A stretch of DNA of 64,000 nucleotides from Balanoglossus misakiensis (taxonomy: Eukaryota > Animalia > Hemichordata), in the NCBI GenBank assembly GCA_040954595.2, contig CM082592.2:3302735-3366734 (forward strand), read 5' to 3'. Positions within the stretch are counted from its first letter, which is position 1. Each line of letters opens with the position of its first letter. The position numbers and the translations under genes were made by a program. Under the pieces are notes generated by a model that was not told the DNA's origin, did not search any database, and saw only the letters and a list, made by a program, of their open reading frames with translations. Shown one piece after another: positions 1 to 28,585 of the stretch.

Positions 1-15
1 TACAGAAGTGTGGGT

Positions 16-207
16 TAAAGGTGTGCGGCTACCTTTTTATATACACATGCCCATATATGGCTAAAATGATGTGTCTGAGTATTCAAAAGACTTGTCACCA
101 TATGGTGGTGCTTTATCTGTGTGGCCTCCTACAAAAATCTGTGATTGGCTACACCTCCAGTTTCCAGGGAAACCAAAGCTAAATTTGCATACCATGTACA
201 CCTTTAA
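16..207. mobile_element. Degenerate MITE with TTAA-flanked termini, same family as 22142-22334
   Basis: Begins ttaaaggtgt and ends acacctttaa. The internal atggtgg.gct...aaaatctgtgattggcta motif is shared with 22221-22277. Confidence 0.55.
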
Positions 208-288
208 TATTTTTCCACTTAATATACTGGCATGACTTATATCAATTCTCCTGTTGCATCTGATTAATAAAAGACTCCCTGTTCTCAC

Positions 289-3200
289 CTTGAGTGGGAT
301 TGTCATCTATTTGACGTAAAACACGATTTTTCTTGGAGTCTACAGTGAAATTGAGAGTGGTGACAGGTGAAACACCAATTTCATTGACTGCCTGGACGTT
401 GAGTTGATAATGACCGTTGGGTTGCAAATCCCGGATAGCATAAGATGTCTGCTGAGAAAATGTAAATAAAAGTGAAAAAATTCACAAATATTATGTGCGG
501 ATCATGATTTAAATATTAGAGCATAAAAACTGTAACTATCATATTTAACTGAAAATACCAAAGCAGTTGTAGAATTGGAAAACCGAAGCATAAGTCACTC
601 TCACTGAAGGTACTTTGACTCAGCATGGAAATGTGTCCAGACTTGCCTTAACCTGAAGAATTCTGCTGGCTGGTATTCTCAGTTTAAAAAAGGACTATTT
701 CACAGAGCTACATGTACAAATGTGTGTCCACAGGGCCCAACATTGAAAATAATCTGCAGCAATAATATGCTTTTTCACAAAATACTGGGATTTATGTCCG
801 GGAACATCGTACAGCGGAGGTACTGTCCAAAAAAACCCTGGTGTTATTGGACTCTGCGTCCTCATTTGCATACTATTTAGTTATTGTATTCTGATACCAA
901 GAATTATTGCAGAACGGAATTCCATAGGTTACAGCATTTTGTGTATAATAATGGCTATGATAGACAAGTAGAACACTTCACTCATACAGAACACATGTAC
1001 ACAAATACACACACAAAACAGATGTGTCATTTGGGAACAATATCTACACACACTACCGGGGTATTAGTGCCTACAGAAGAATTAGTTCCATAAGATAGCT
1101 CAAGCATACTACATGTATATATGTGTGATGCATCACCTGTTTCTCAGCCTGATAGTCAACAGTTGGAAGATGAAACCAGGCTGTCTTATTCCCAACAAAC
1201 TGACAGTACTCAATTTGAATGTACTTGATAGGGTAGCCTCCATCATTGCTGGGTCTCCATTCAACACTCGCGGTAGTTGTATCAATAAAAGTCACCGTCA
1301 CATTCACAGCATCTGGTACGCCTGTATGCACCACAGAACATCATTATACACACTATATTAGGTTCTGTACAGCATCAACACTTTAAATATCATCCGTAGC
1401 TGTATATAGCTGTATATGTATAGAGATTAATCATTTTGCACAGTTTTAGATAACAGTAAATGGTAATATAATAACACAATTTCTACAAATAAAAGCATGG
1501 TCGACTTGAACAAATTTCTTTGCCAACAGTGACTATCAAGATCTGTCTGCTAGCCCGTCTGAGTAATGGGCATATGGGTTACGAATTTTTATGGTGAACG
1601 TTTGTAACATAATAGTAAAGCTATGCTTAATTCACATTTTTCGTGACTGTATAAAGATCATAGCAGGACCAATGCATGCAATATGCACTAATTTTCTGAC
1701 TTACTTTTGACTGAAATGAAAGTACTTTGCTGAACCTGATGTTGTATCTCACCAAAGGAATTCCAAGCTACACATGTGTATGAACCAGTCTCATGACTCG
1801 TTACATTGGTGAGCTTCAGAGCTGTGTCATTGATCTGTGAAAAATAGAGTTCAGATCAACTTTTTGAGCTTTATAATTCAAGAAACACATTTTTGCCATG
1901 TATAACATTTTAATTCATGGTTCAAAAATGCCCAGCTTGGTACTTTCGTCACATGATACAACATGAACCATTTTCTGACGCGTATGACACTCTCAACTCA
2001 CATTCGCACCAAGCTGCGCATATTTGCATTATTATTGTTTGTGCATTGTGTCAGAACCCACAGCTAGCATATGTGTAGCAATCAGACTTTAATACCGTAC
2101 TTCCCCTTTAAAGCTCCAGCATCTAATACCTCTATAAAGTCACTTGACTGCAACTCTTTGTCATACTTAAACCACTGAATGAGAGGTTGTGGTTTCCCAT
2201 CTGTCAGACATTCAAGTGTTACAGATTCATGACAATCCACGTCAACCTTCTCTGGAAATAATTTGCTGAAATGTACGGCAACTGAAAGGCAATTATGAAG
2301 AATTCTTATTAAAATCATGTCTGCTTGACAATGTGTCGGAAGAGAATGAACAAATCTGATATATCAATTGAGTTAATTTTTTCATAATTTGGGTCTTTGA
2401 AAAGAGTTGATCTTGTTCTGTAAAACTCATGGTTATTGTAAAGATTATTGCTTTCTTCAAAACTTACCATAAAACGATACTTGCATGGGCTTACTTGTGA
2501 TAGAACCATATTCATTACTTGCATTGCATTGGTAACTTCCAACATCTGCTGATGTCACAGCTGTTAATAGAATTCAAAGTGGAAATAAGAAAATAAGGAT
2601 TAAATAATATTTTTGCAAATAAGGTGGTGGTCTTCTTAAAGTTAAAAATATTGTACAAACGTTTTTTTTAAAGCTACATTTTCTAAATGGAATAAGCCAA
2701 CTCTTACAATACAAAGAACTTATACTCACTATATAGGAAAAGAAATCTGCCATGTGATTGTAAAACTTGACCATCTTTAAACCACTCAACTCTTGGTGCT
2801 GGTCTTCCATTCACAACACAGTCAAGATACACACTGGAATACTTGTCGACAATATGTAGTGGTTCAGGAATGGAGTTGAATTCAGGCGGATCTGAAATAT
2901 TAATTTTCAATCATACTCTCTGTTCCGAAATTATATAATTCTTTTGTATATCAGAAAGTCAAAAATCTGACACGCACGAATGATCAAATTGGTTCATTAG
3001 AACTTTGACTCTGAAACTTTGTTATGGAAGTTTCATTCACCAGTGTTGTGTCATGTTTGCTTTGAGAGCACACTCAGTAGATTTCCCAGAATTTGTTTTA
3101 GTTTTTTGAAGTTTTAAATTAAACAACAACAACAACAACAACAATAACAGGGCAGTTGATCACAGTATTAAATATCCAAATGTACTTACAGTTTACTTCC

Positions 3201-5087
3201 ACAACAAATGTGAGATTGTAACTAGTTTCTCCTCTTTGTACATGGCAATGGTAGGTACCAGAGTCTTTTCTTGAAACTTTTAAGAAGGTCAACTTTTCTG
3301 CTTTCACTGAGTCATATTTCATCGGATCCTGGTGAAAATAAAGTAAGAAATGTATATGAATGTCCAAGAGAATTCAGTGAATGCAATATCTGAAAACCAG
3401 AAAATGATTGAAGAGTGATACAACATAGCCACAAAGAATAACTTGATATGATAATGGTAAAATCTCCCTATTTACCTCACATTAAAGGTTACAAGAATTT
3501 TATGGGGGTGGGGTGTTCACCCAGTAGAGGGCGCTCACCCGACTAATAATGGTACATGTTCATCCACATATATTTCATTTGTTTGTACTGCTTTTACATG
3601 ACACCCAATGTACAAGCTCTCTTCATCAGCTTCACAGTTATATATGCCAATATGAGCTCTTTTTTTTAATGTCAGGTTCATGATAAGTGTCACTAGTGTC
3701 AGTATATTATGACAAATCAACTTGCAGGGTTCACTTATTTTGTTATTTTTGATGCTACTTTAACTTGATACAGAAAGTGACTATGGTGACATAAATACAT
3801 ACATCATATAATTCATCTCCATTGTGATACCAAGAATACGTTGTTGACATTTCATCGTCTTTAATTGATGGGCAGTTTAACTGCATGTCAAAAGTTCCCT
3901 CCAGGACTGTTATTTCCTCAATTCCAAGACTACCTGTGAAAAATAATATCAGAATTTGAAATTCTACTGTAATGATCAATGTGTATATGTGTGGTATTGC
4001 CAGTTTAAATGGGCTGTCAAGGTTCAGCGTATCTGGTAAATGCAATTTTACACACATATATTACGTTACGTTACGTTGTTTTCTGACCACAGGCTAGTTC
4101 GCCTCTATGGTCAGCTCTTCACTTTTCAATGTTATTATTGTGTTCTGATTTCCGTGTGTAATATCTGCCTTGTAATTGTACAATAAATCCTGATTTTTCC
4201 AATGATTATCCAGACGATTTTTGAAGCTATTTGTTGATGGTGCATTAATTATTGATCCTGGTAACCTGTTCCATGTGTTGATTACTCTCAAGGAGAAGAA
4301 GTTTTTCCTTAGTTGTAATCTTGAATGTTGATAAAATAGTTGTTTGTCGTGACCTCTAAGTCCACTTCTTGATGTGCAATCTGTTTTTAGCTTTATGAAA
4401 GATGAAGTTACTGGGTCATATTTGTTGTTCACAATTTTGTACAGTTCTATCATGTCCCCTCGTGTCCTTCTGTATGCTAATGTAGGAAGTTTCAGTTTCT
4501 TTAGTCTTTCTGGATATGATAGATTATTAAAACCTGGTAGTCTCTTCGTTGCTCTACGTTGTATATTTTCTAGGCTTTCAATATGCTTTTGTTTATATGG
4601 AATTAATGTGGCAGTCATTGCATTTCTAGTCACACACACATTGAACGCACGCACACGGATACATAATGAATAAAATGGCCCAATTTTGCAATGAAACATG
4701 GTTGCTGTATTTCAACTGACGTGTTTTACAACTTTTATCACATGCAGTAAGTGCCAACGGCGCGCACTTGGGGCTCACAAGCGACTGTGTTCCCACTCCA
4801 TCCCCAACACAGCGTTGCTTGGATGGTCGTTCGAGGCGTTGCCGGTCGAAGGCCGTCGTTAGGTAGTCACGGCCTCGAACAGCTATCCAAGCAACGTTAC
4901 GAGAATATGAGGGTATAGCCTAGGGTTATGGACAGCTACACCCTTACATTAATTACTACAAGCTTCAAGTTCGCGATGGAACTCGCGCAAAAGAACTTAA
5001 TTTTGAAATACAACTGACATTACCTTGTGACGTTAACAGAAAAACTGGCAATATCAATAGTATATGCCAATTCAGCATTGACGCCAT
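289..5087 (-). CDS. Ig-superfamily cell-surface protein (signal peptide, 3 Ig domains, FN3); gene continues beyond the left edge of the window
   Basis: Exons joined by GT-AG introns with compatible phases: 5087-5024 (MASMLNWHILLILPVFLLTSQ, signal peptide), 3933-3803 and 3328-3190 (Ig: LNCP..YSWYHNG / DSGTYHCHV), 2891-2730 and 2560-2468 (LDCVVNGRPAPRVEWFKDG / DVGSYQCNASNEYG), ~2281-2101 and ~1834-1705 (LECLTDGKPQPLIQWFK / ETGSYTCVAWNSFG), ~1321-1137 and ~450-289 (FN3: VEWRPSNDGGYPI / LQPNGHYQLNVQAVNEIG). Confidence 0.85.
4061..4602 (-). mobile_element. 5'-truncated CR1-like non-LTR retrotransposon (3' end of ORF2 plus short-repeat tail)
   Basis: ORF 4094-4600 reads IESLENIQRRATKRLPGFNNLSYPERLKKLKLPTLAYRRTRGDMIELYKIV...RGHDKQL...RKNFFSLRVINTWNRLP...NSFKNRLD, typical of the CR1-group ORF2 C-terminus. 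After the stop there is a (CGTAA)n tail at 4061-4077. It lies in intron 1 of the Ig gene. Confidence 0.85.
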
Positions 5088-6595
5088 ACTTGCATTCTCA
5101 AATACTAGTGCAGTGAACCTCAAAATTTCTCAGACTAGCGACATTAATCTCTTCAGGTTTTCCATTCCCCATCAGCTCAGCTAACTCCTTGAACGGTTTT
5201 TCGACTTCACGGCCATTTTGTGCTTATGACCTTTGACACCGACGCTCTTTATTGCCATTGGTGGAAAGTTTCTACGCGTTGACTGCGCGCCTTTGAAATC
5301 ATATCGTAGGGGGCGCACTGCCTATGCTGGTCCGCATGCGCACTACGTCCTTACAGAATTTTCAAAAGCCTACTGGGACCAAAAGATTGTTATCACTAAA
5401 CTGTACCTAAAAGTTTATCCGGGCATTAGCACGTTTCCGCTGTTGTTCTTCATTCTCTTTAGCAATTGAACAAGGACGTCATGCAGGATAGATACCTAAT
5501 TTAGAGTACATGTATGCAAGTTTATGTATTACTCTGGCTAATCTTTGTAGGCCTACATGTAAATATGTTTTTCAAATCAATGTACATCAGATCTTTCATG
5601 TTGATATTTTATTTGTTTTCCTTAACTTTTTTTCTTTGTAAAACCTGAGTGATTGATAGAGAATGTTACTGTAAGTATGTTTTACTATGTATAGGGCGGT
5701 GGCCTTGAAAAGCAACAAAGCATGATTGTTGTTATATGCGGCTAGTCTGACCGTTGGAAATCCGACTTGCTGAGCGTGGTTGATGTAACCTTCCAACTGG
5801 TGACAAAAAGTGGAGGCTGTAATAACGTCACACACGACTACTTTCGCGTACGGTGATTGACTTGAACGACGTCAGAGCCAAAACCATGTGGCGACCTTGT
5901 TGCGTGACATCGCATTTTGAGTTCTATTGACATGCAGATCTTAAAAATGGAAGATAGTTGACTCTGTGGCCAGACCCATGTGTGTGAGGCTATCTAAAAC
6001 ACTACACTGGGTATGGTGACCAGGCTATCATATTTTCGAAGCAGGTTCCAATTTTCGTCGCATTTTGAACTGCGTCATCGCGAACGCGATACTGGATGTA
6101 GCTAGTTAGGGGAATGGATTAAGTACTTCCTCGCGAGGAGTTGTACAGGGGATCAACCAGCATAAAGTGTGAGAGATTTATGTTGCAGTGAAGGTCATTT
6201 AGACAGTCGTAATGCTTGGCCAGGATTCAGTGGACTAACGCATAGATTGACGGATAGGCTTAGAAGTAACATGCTGAAGCAGAACGGAATTGCATGGGAT
6301 GGGCGTGTGATTTAACAATAGAAAGTGTATGTACTTTACTGACATTTTTGGTGATCAATCCCTGGATTTTAGGGCCTGCAAACCCCATTTACATATAATC
6401 AGGCATAACTGCAGGTGATGCGCCAGTGACTTCGGTCACGTGATCATAAATGTCTACGTATGCGCTTGTTTGATATTTTTCTGGCACCTGGATGTGGGCG
6501 CGACCATCTTACGGCTGGTGGAATCGTCATAGAGCCCCTTCCAGCTTTCCTCTGTCGATTCCTAGGAAAGCCTGCTCATCCCTGGCCTCGACACA

Positions 6596-21995
<15,400 letters not shown>

Positions 21996-22141
21996 ACAGA
22001 CAAGGCAGCTGAGTTCCATACAATACACCGACACTGTAACGAATGGTCTCACCAAACGACAACTTTCGCTATAGTACAGCAGGAAACTCCAACGTCTTGC
22101 CCCCTCGCTTGAACATCTTTACCTAATATAATATAATTACA

Positions 22142-22334
22142 TTAAAGGTATACAGTCACCTCCAATTTACATACGCCCATATACGGCTGAAATGGCGTAT
22201 TTGAGCGTTCTAAAGAACATATGGTGGCGCTCTTTTTTTCGCGTGTGCCACCCACTGAAAATCTGTGATTGGCTAGATCTCAATTTGCCATGGTAACTAT
22301 AGCTAATTTTCTATAGGTGACCGTATACCTTTAA
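22142..22334. mobile_element. MITE with TTAA-flanked TIRs
   Basis: ttaaaggtatacagtcacct ... aggtgaccgtatacctttaa. Related copies lie at 16-207 and, in inverted orientation, at ~29851-29945. Confidence 0.75.
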
Positions 22335-23094
22335 ATGAAACAACTTCCAAATGTTATACCAATTAAGTGTGCGATATTCTGTATCGCTATTTTGCGTTCC
22401 AGCGGCTTGTTTCACATACGCCAATTTAAAATCAAACAATCTGCAATCCAAAACTGTCTTGAGAATCTCGAGCTACCTAAGTTATATGTATCCAGGTTTA
22501 GGAAAACAAGAGTTTTTTTAGTTAAAACAATAAACGGAGTATATACCTAACAACCATATGACCACACCTTAGCAACCACAAAATGCCAGCAACTTTGATG
22601 AAAGTGAAGATTGTTATAATTGTCATGTATTGTTCATTAATTAAACAACTCAAGCATGCTGAGCAACCATGGCCGTGCTCTTAGCAACTAACGAGATTTC
22701 ATTTTTTTCAGCCCAAACAGAATAAATGACATCTCATCGCCTTTGTTTTGGGGGCTTTATTCTACTCAGATAAACAAGAATCGAATAAAATTGTCGGAAT
22801 CTAGGTCACAACCAAGTGAACTATCAACACGAACATCGTCATCATGTCCAAATGCTATTATCCTTAAAAGAACATGGTTACATTCTGATTTATTGTTGAA
22901 TAAATTCTAGTACAATGTATATGGTGGATGGTTCTGGATAATTTTACAATAAATCTCTATTGTCGCCGGACATTTCCGCATCATTTTAATTTTGTGCTTT
23001 CTCCTAATTTATTTAACCACTGTGAGATTGTAAACCAGTCAACTCAAGTAGAACTGGAGGAACGGAAAAAAGATTGTAAAAATAGCTACGCCAT

Positions 23095-23244
23095 TAGACT
23101 CTCTCACAGCCCACGGTTCGCTACAACAAGGCTCTTCACTGACGCGCCCTCAACCGTTTGGCAAGGGAGAAGCACTTTTGGTGTTGTGTAGCGAATCAGA
23201 CCATAAGCCTGTACGGACGGCGAGAGGGGCTGTGAGAGAGTCTA
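23095..23244. mobile_element. 150-bp MITE with perfect 18-bp TIRs and a 9-bp target-site duplication
   Basis: TIR TAGACTCTCTCACAGCCC / GGGCTGTGAGAGAGTCTA; direct repeat CTACGCCAT at 23086-23094 and 23245-23253. Confidence 0.88.
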
Positions 23245-24371
23245 CTACGCCATGCATACCACATTCACGGTTGGACAACGACATAAAAGTGTTGTATATT
23301 TGACAGATTTCGTGACATCAACCTCAGTTTTGGGGGCGAAGTCTTCGGCCGGATATCAAACGTCCATTCGTCACAATTAAAGGCACTATGGTCGAGCTAC
23401 TAATTAAGTTGCTCTGTTTTTTCAGGCCTAGGTAAGAAATATTAGCAAAGTGGCAAATCTATATCGTCTAGATGGAACGAACGGTTGTCGAGCGACGAAA
23501 TCTCGATAATTTAGCTGCGCAAGGGGTTAGGCTTCAAGACTGCAGGACGATATTTGAAAAAAATAATTACATTCACGACCGAGTTGAGTTAATGTGTTAA
23601 TAATATAAATGACGGATCTTTATTCGGCGCGTATAATACAATAAATCACATTCTTTCAAAATAGCTGTGTAAGATTACTTTTTATAATGTCTGTTTATTA
23701 CCGGTTTTCTGTGGGAGGGGTGATGTCAAGTGTCTTCTGTGGTGGCACTTTCACCCTCCAAAAGTCGAAAACGCTCGGAGCGGATTAGCTCGCAAATATT
23801 CAAAGTATTTGTTTCTGTAGATTCTTATGAATTACAACGAAGCTTAAAATTTGTAAAATGTAATAAAAATGCACAGAATAACAACCGAGTTACCCTGAAT
23901 AATAAAGCTGTTTTTGGTGGTATATTTAAAATGGAAAAGATTTTTTGGTGAAACGCCTTCATGACAAGTACATGTAATATATAGAATGGAAATCAAATCG
24001 TTTCATCTTTCTTGTGTTGGATCGGTGGATTAACTGAAAATTAATCAAAAATATTAATGTCATTTGTAATAATCATTGTCATTTATGAAAACTGAAATGT
24101 ATTCACTTAAACTATATAGCTGATTAAAAGATTTGTTGGTCGATCGGAAAATACAGTATGAGGAAAAAATCAAATCGTTGAAACAGCAATATTTTGTACT
24201 AATCAAGTCATCGAAAAAATGTGTTTTTAGCAAGCTAACACATGAAACTAACTTTCACAGCTAGGGCGTCATATGTGTCTTGGTTTTATTCCACTCATGC
24301 AGTTACCTCTACAACTCGACGGTGATGCCCGGATATCAAAGTCTACCCACTGCACTAACTCATGACTGTGC

Positions 24372-27300
24372 CTATACTTTAGGGTCGCGTACTCCTGCTT
24401 TCAGGTCTGGTTTCGAATTATCAGAGGATCCACTCCTGGAATTCTTAACTTGAACGTCTTTCAGGTCAGATTTTGAATTATCACGGGACCCATTTCTGTC
24501 AATTTCTACTTCAATGTCTTTCAGGTCAGGTTTCGAATTATCAGAGGATCCACTCCTGGAATTCTTAACTTGAACGTCTTTCAGGTCAGTTTTTGAATCA
24601 TCAAGGGACCCATTTCTGTCAATTTCTACTTCAATGTTTTTCAGGTCAGGTTTCGAATTTTCGTTTCTGTCAACTTGAACTGCCGGCGCTTCATCGCTGT
24701 CTGAGTACGCGGGGTTACAAGTGCCAATGCTGCCCACCTTAGAGGATTTGATAATAATTTCCCCCGTAGGCTGTTTGGCTGGACCAATCACCGACAGCAC
24801 GACAGGTAACAAGAATAGCGCATGCGCCACACCAAAAATGACGGTCAGCAGCATGATTCTGAAGAACGACAGGAATACATAGGAGTCTGCGCCAACGAGC
24901 ACAACGATCCCGATGAAGGTAGAAATCCCGCCATTCAGGATGGGAACAGCGACGCGGGAAAGAGCGACCTCAACGCGGTGGTTACGATCTATGCCATCAG
25001 CTTTCATGAAGGCATGACAGACATGCGCGCAGAAGTCGACAGAGAAACCGATGCTCATGACAATGTGAATCATTGTGATCGAGCTCAGAGAAAGCCCCCA
25101 GAAATACATGAAACCAAAGAGGCCGACAGTTATCATCACTATGGCAACAGTGACGTAAAGGACACAGAGGATGTGTGGGATGAAGAATAGACAGACAACG
25201 ACCATAGCTGCCACAGCGCATCCAACGGTCTGCAAAGTACTTGGCAATACTTGCACGTACTGCTCAAAGTAAATGAATGCACCGGTGTATGCAAACGCGG
25301 GTAAAGAACTGCCATCCGTTATCTCCCGAACTCGTAGCATCATTTGACCTTGTACGTGTGAACTTGTCAAGCCAACAGATTGAACATAGAACCGTGAAGC
25401 TGTGATTTCTCCTTCGTTAGAAAAGTTCAGGTCACCTTGGAAGACAGGAAAGGAAGAAAGGAAACGTAAACGAAGAGATTCCATGAAATAAGACTCATTT
25501 CTAGGCAGCGAACCGTTGTGGAAGCTCGAAAAGCTGTCAAGCCATGATATCTGAAAATCGTTAGCGACGTAGCTGTCATTCTGAAGAGCCACGAGCAAGC
25601 TATCAACTTCTTGTTGCACGCCCGTGTCCCAGTATGCTTGGGCGCCATCAACGATGACGCTGATGGTTGGACCGATGCTTGAGAAGTAGTCGCGTTCTAG
25701 TCTGAGATAGGAGTGAAGGTAAGAACTTGGCGGAACGAGGTTCTCCAACAAGAGGCCCTGCTCTAGATGCATCGCGCCCCAAATAGAAACGGCCAGATAC
25801 CCGGCAAACACAAATATCACGATTATCTTAACAGGCAACAGGATGATGAACTTTCCCAGGTGTTGGGGCAACAGCTCGAAAATGCTTCGGTCTTCGGTGT
25901 CGTCTGCTGCATTTCTCGACTTATAACACCGACAAAAGAACAGCCACTGACAGTACCAGAATTTACCACGAGATTTACAGGAATCCTCCGGTGGTATGTG
26001 CGTGCAAGTGACGCAGTGTCGTTCGTCCTTCACCCGTCTCGTGTGGAGCACTAACGAACCCCCGAAAAAGGTCAGTTGCATCAGATAACACCATATCACA
26101 GCAAAACCTGACAAAAATAGAAATGAGACATTTTTGAAAGAAGGAATGCGAACTAGTCGCTACCACTTTCTTGATTCTTCAATCCCTGGGTCGTTTACAT
26201 TCCTTAATGATAGACTAATGGATTTTTGTATACCAACATATATAACGCCCCAAAAACATATATGGCCACGTGAGGGCGCATCATCGTATGCCAACGTGGT
26301 AACCTGGGAGAACCATTATTATAGCAAGCTTTGCAAGACATTCCTGAGATATTTAAAAAAAAAAGATACTCTGGCAGGCTACCACAATCTCTTTCTTTCC
26401 ATACCACAACCAGTTTTGACCAATGTGTAGTTTGCTTTTGGCCGACTTGAAGTCGTACCTTGATTCTGTCGTCATAAGTACTAGTATCTGCAGCAGAAAG
26501 CGTATGGCCTACCTGTGTAGATGCAAAAGTTACGCACGGCCGGGAACACATTGGTTGCACCAATAGAGAAAGCCAAGAGATTCGTCAGTGACGTTATGGT
26601 GATAGAGACTGCCGAAATTCCCAGAGCGCCGGACACTCTTCCTTCGACAGTGTCAGAGGGTTTGGTTTCCAGCCATCCCGACATCAAGATGAACATGTCG
26701 TCTATTCCGATCCCTGAAAACATGATAGACGGACAGATGTAGACTCTCGAGGAATTGATATGTAGGTCCTATAGCAATATGAAGTGGAGTTTGAAACGGC
26801 CACGACACAAGACAAGAGGCATTGACGCATATAAGCAGTCAGAGCCAGACAGAGACATACATACATACATGTACATGCAGACAGACAGACAGACAGACAG
26901 ACGGACGGACGCACGGACATACACAGATGTCGATAGAAAACAGACAATGTCAGAGGGAACAGATTATGACATCACTAGCAGAACTAGCAATGCATTGCCA
27001 AACCTTGTGCAAATTTACGCTGTCATCTTTCATCGTACTGTAGACCTCGGTGCTCTGCAGCGAAAATTCTCTGATCAAAATGGGAAAGACCAATGTAACA
27101 CTGGTGATCAAATAAATGTAAGCTACCAATGTTCAATCCACTTACCTACAATTAAAAACGGCATAACGCCGACTATGTTGACGTTTTTCACGCCAATGTA
27201 CGAACAGAATCCATACGCCGCCAGGATAGCCAGACCCGCGGAATACACCCCGGTGCTTGCCAAGAACCCCCTGCTGGTGATGCAGTTACCAGTACCACAA

Positions 27301-28028
27301 ACAAACGTTGCATAGAAGATCATGATCGTGAACGTTATGGGAAATTTCGTAATGTCACCAGAAGTTCCTGAATCCAGTTCATCGTTTAGGCTTTGTGAAG
27401 TTGAGTAAGCTACCTGGCTGGCGTTCCCGTTCCATTCAGACATCCACGCTGCGAATTCCTTCTCCCATAACAATCCCACTGCTTTGTTTTCTTCATCACT
27501 GCAAATATAATACCTCAGACGAAGTGCTTCGGCGGACAGTGCCCTGCCGTTGAGCAAGTCCTGTTTCCCGCTGACATAGCACGAGCCAGATCTCTTCGCG
27601 CAGACATCGTGATAGCTGTACTCACTACCGTCGACGGTGACGGTAACATCAGACACTAGTCGGCCATCCAGCTCAATTATCTCTCTCAAAACATCGCTTG
27701 TGGATACGTTGTCGCTGGTGCTCTGATTCAGGACGATGACGTCACCGTAAAGGCCGAGAGTTGTAGCTTGGTGAGGGTAGAAGTTCGTGCAATCTTCCTG
27801 ACCAAACAGTTCTGATGCTCGGCGTTTGTCGCGATCTGCTCGGCTGTTCTCCGGCGTGTACAGGTAGTCGAGGTCGGTGTCTGTCTCCAACCATACAAGT
27901 CCCAAACCCAGAAAACCAGTCACCAGCAACGCAGCGGCGATGATTGCGATGGGATGGCGGGAAAGAAAACATCCATATTTCTTGAAAGTCGCGCTCATAT
28001 ACCGCTCCATAATTTCATAGACCGCCAT
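24372..28028 (-). CDS. PTCHD3-like: Patched domain-containing protein (PTCHD3/PTR-like RND-superfamily, sterol-sensing-domain transporter), paralog A, ~939 aa
   Basis: Exons 28028-27146, 26713-26513 and 26107-24372 (both introns phase 1; 2820 nt total). Motifs: YLYTPENSRA, VGVMPFLIVGIGIDDMFIL (TM4 GxxxDD), SITITSLT, FPAVRNFCIY, FIYFEQY, SIGFSVDFCAH (TM10 GxxxD), HALFLLPVVLS. Confidence 0.93.
24397..24660 (-). repeat. Coding tandem repeat (120-bp unit built from two 60-bp subunits) in the PTCHD-A C-terminal tail
   Basis: KPDLK(N/D)IEVEIDRNGS(L/R)D(D/N)S-K(T/S)DLKDVQVKNSRSGSSDNS occurs twice. Confidence 0.9.
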
Positions 28029-28487
28029 GTTGGTGTCGTTTTGTTGTTTGACAGAACATCAAAACTTTCACGCACACGTTTTTATATCTTAAACTCTACC
28101 AACAGAGCTTGGAGCAGGCTTATGTGCTCACACAACGACCAGACCCTGCAAAATGTAAAGTAATTTTAAAACTTTGGAATTAAAAGTCTAAATCGACGAC
28201 TTCAGAAAAGTAACTGGTTTCGTGGAATCGTCATTCAAGGAACAATTCTCGGTATCTCGGCTGAATTCAACGTAAACTCCACCTCACGCAAGAAATACAA
28301 AATGAAAGTGACAAAATACAAGATTGATGTATGATTCGCTCGAAACTTCGTTCAGTCGCGCGTGCCGTTGCTGTGATCAAATAAGAAAACGGCGAATCAC
28401 AGGTAAACCGAAAGTAAGAAATCACACCTGATGTCTAGACGCTCTGTCTTCCAAAACGCCACAATTCACAAAGTGCATATTATACCC

Positions 28488-28585
28488 TAGCTGTGGTAAC
28501 GCAGCTGTACCGTTGGGGGGGGCTGATTACCCCCACGGACAATCAGCCCCCCCCCCCCAACGGTACAGCTGCGATACCAGAGCTA
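28488..28585. repeat. Hairpin-forming inverted repeat (probable MITE)
   Basis: tagctgtggtaacgcagctgtaccgttgggggggctgatt ... aatcagcccccc...caacggtacagctgcgataccagagcta. Confidence 0.75.

Noticed and set aside
4813-4896. Short hairpins here and at ~16260-16330 and ~60900-60980 as possible ncRNA genes
   Set aside because: They look like small inverted-repeat or MITE remnants and show no tRNA or snRNA hallmarks.
24822-25651. Antisense and alternate-frame ORFs over the PTCHD, PKS and LINE coding regions
   Set aside because: Shadow ORFs of real coding sequence with no recognisable motifs.
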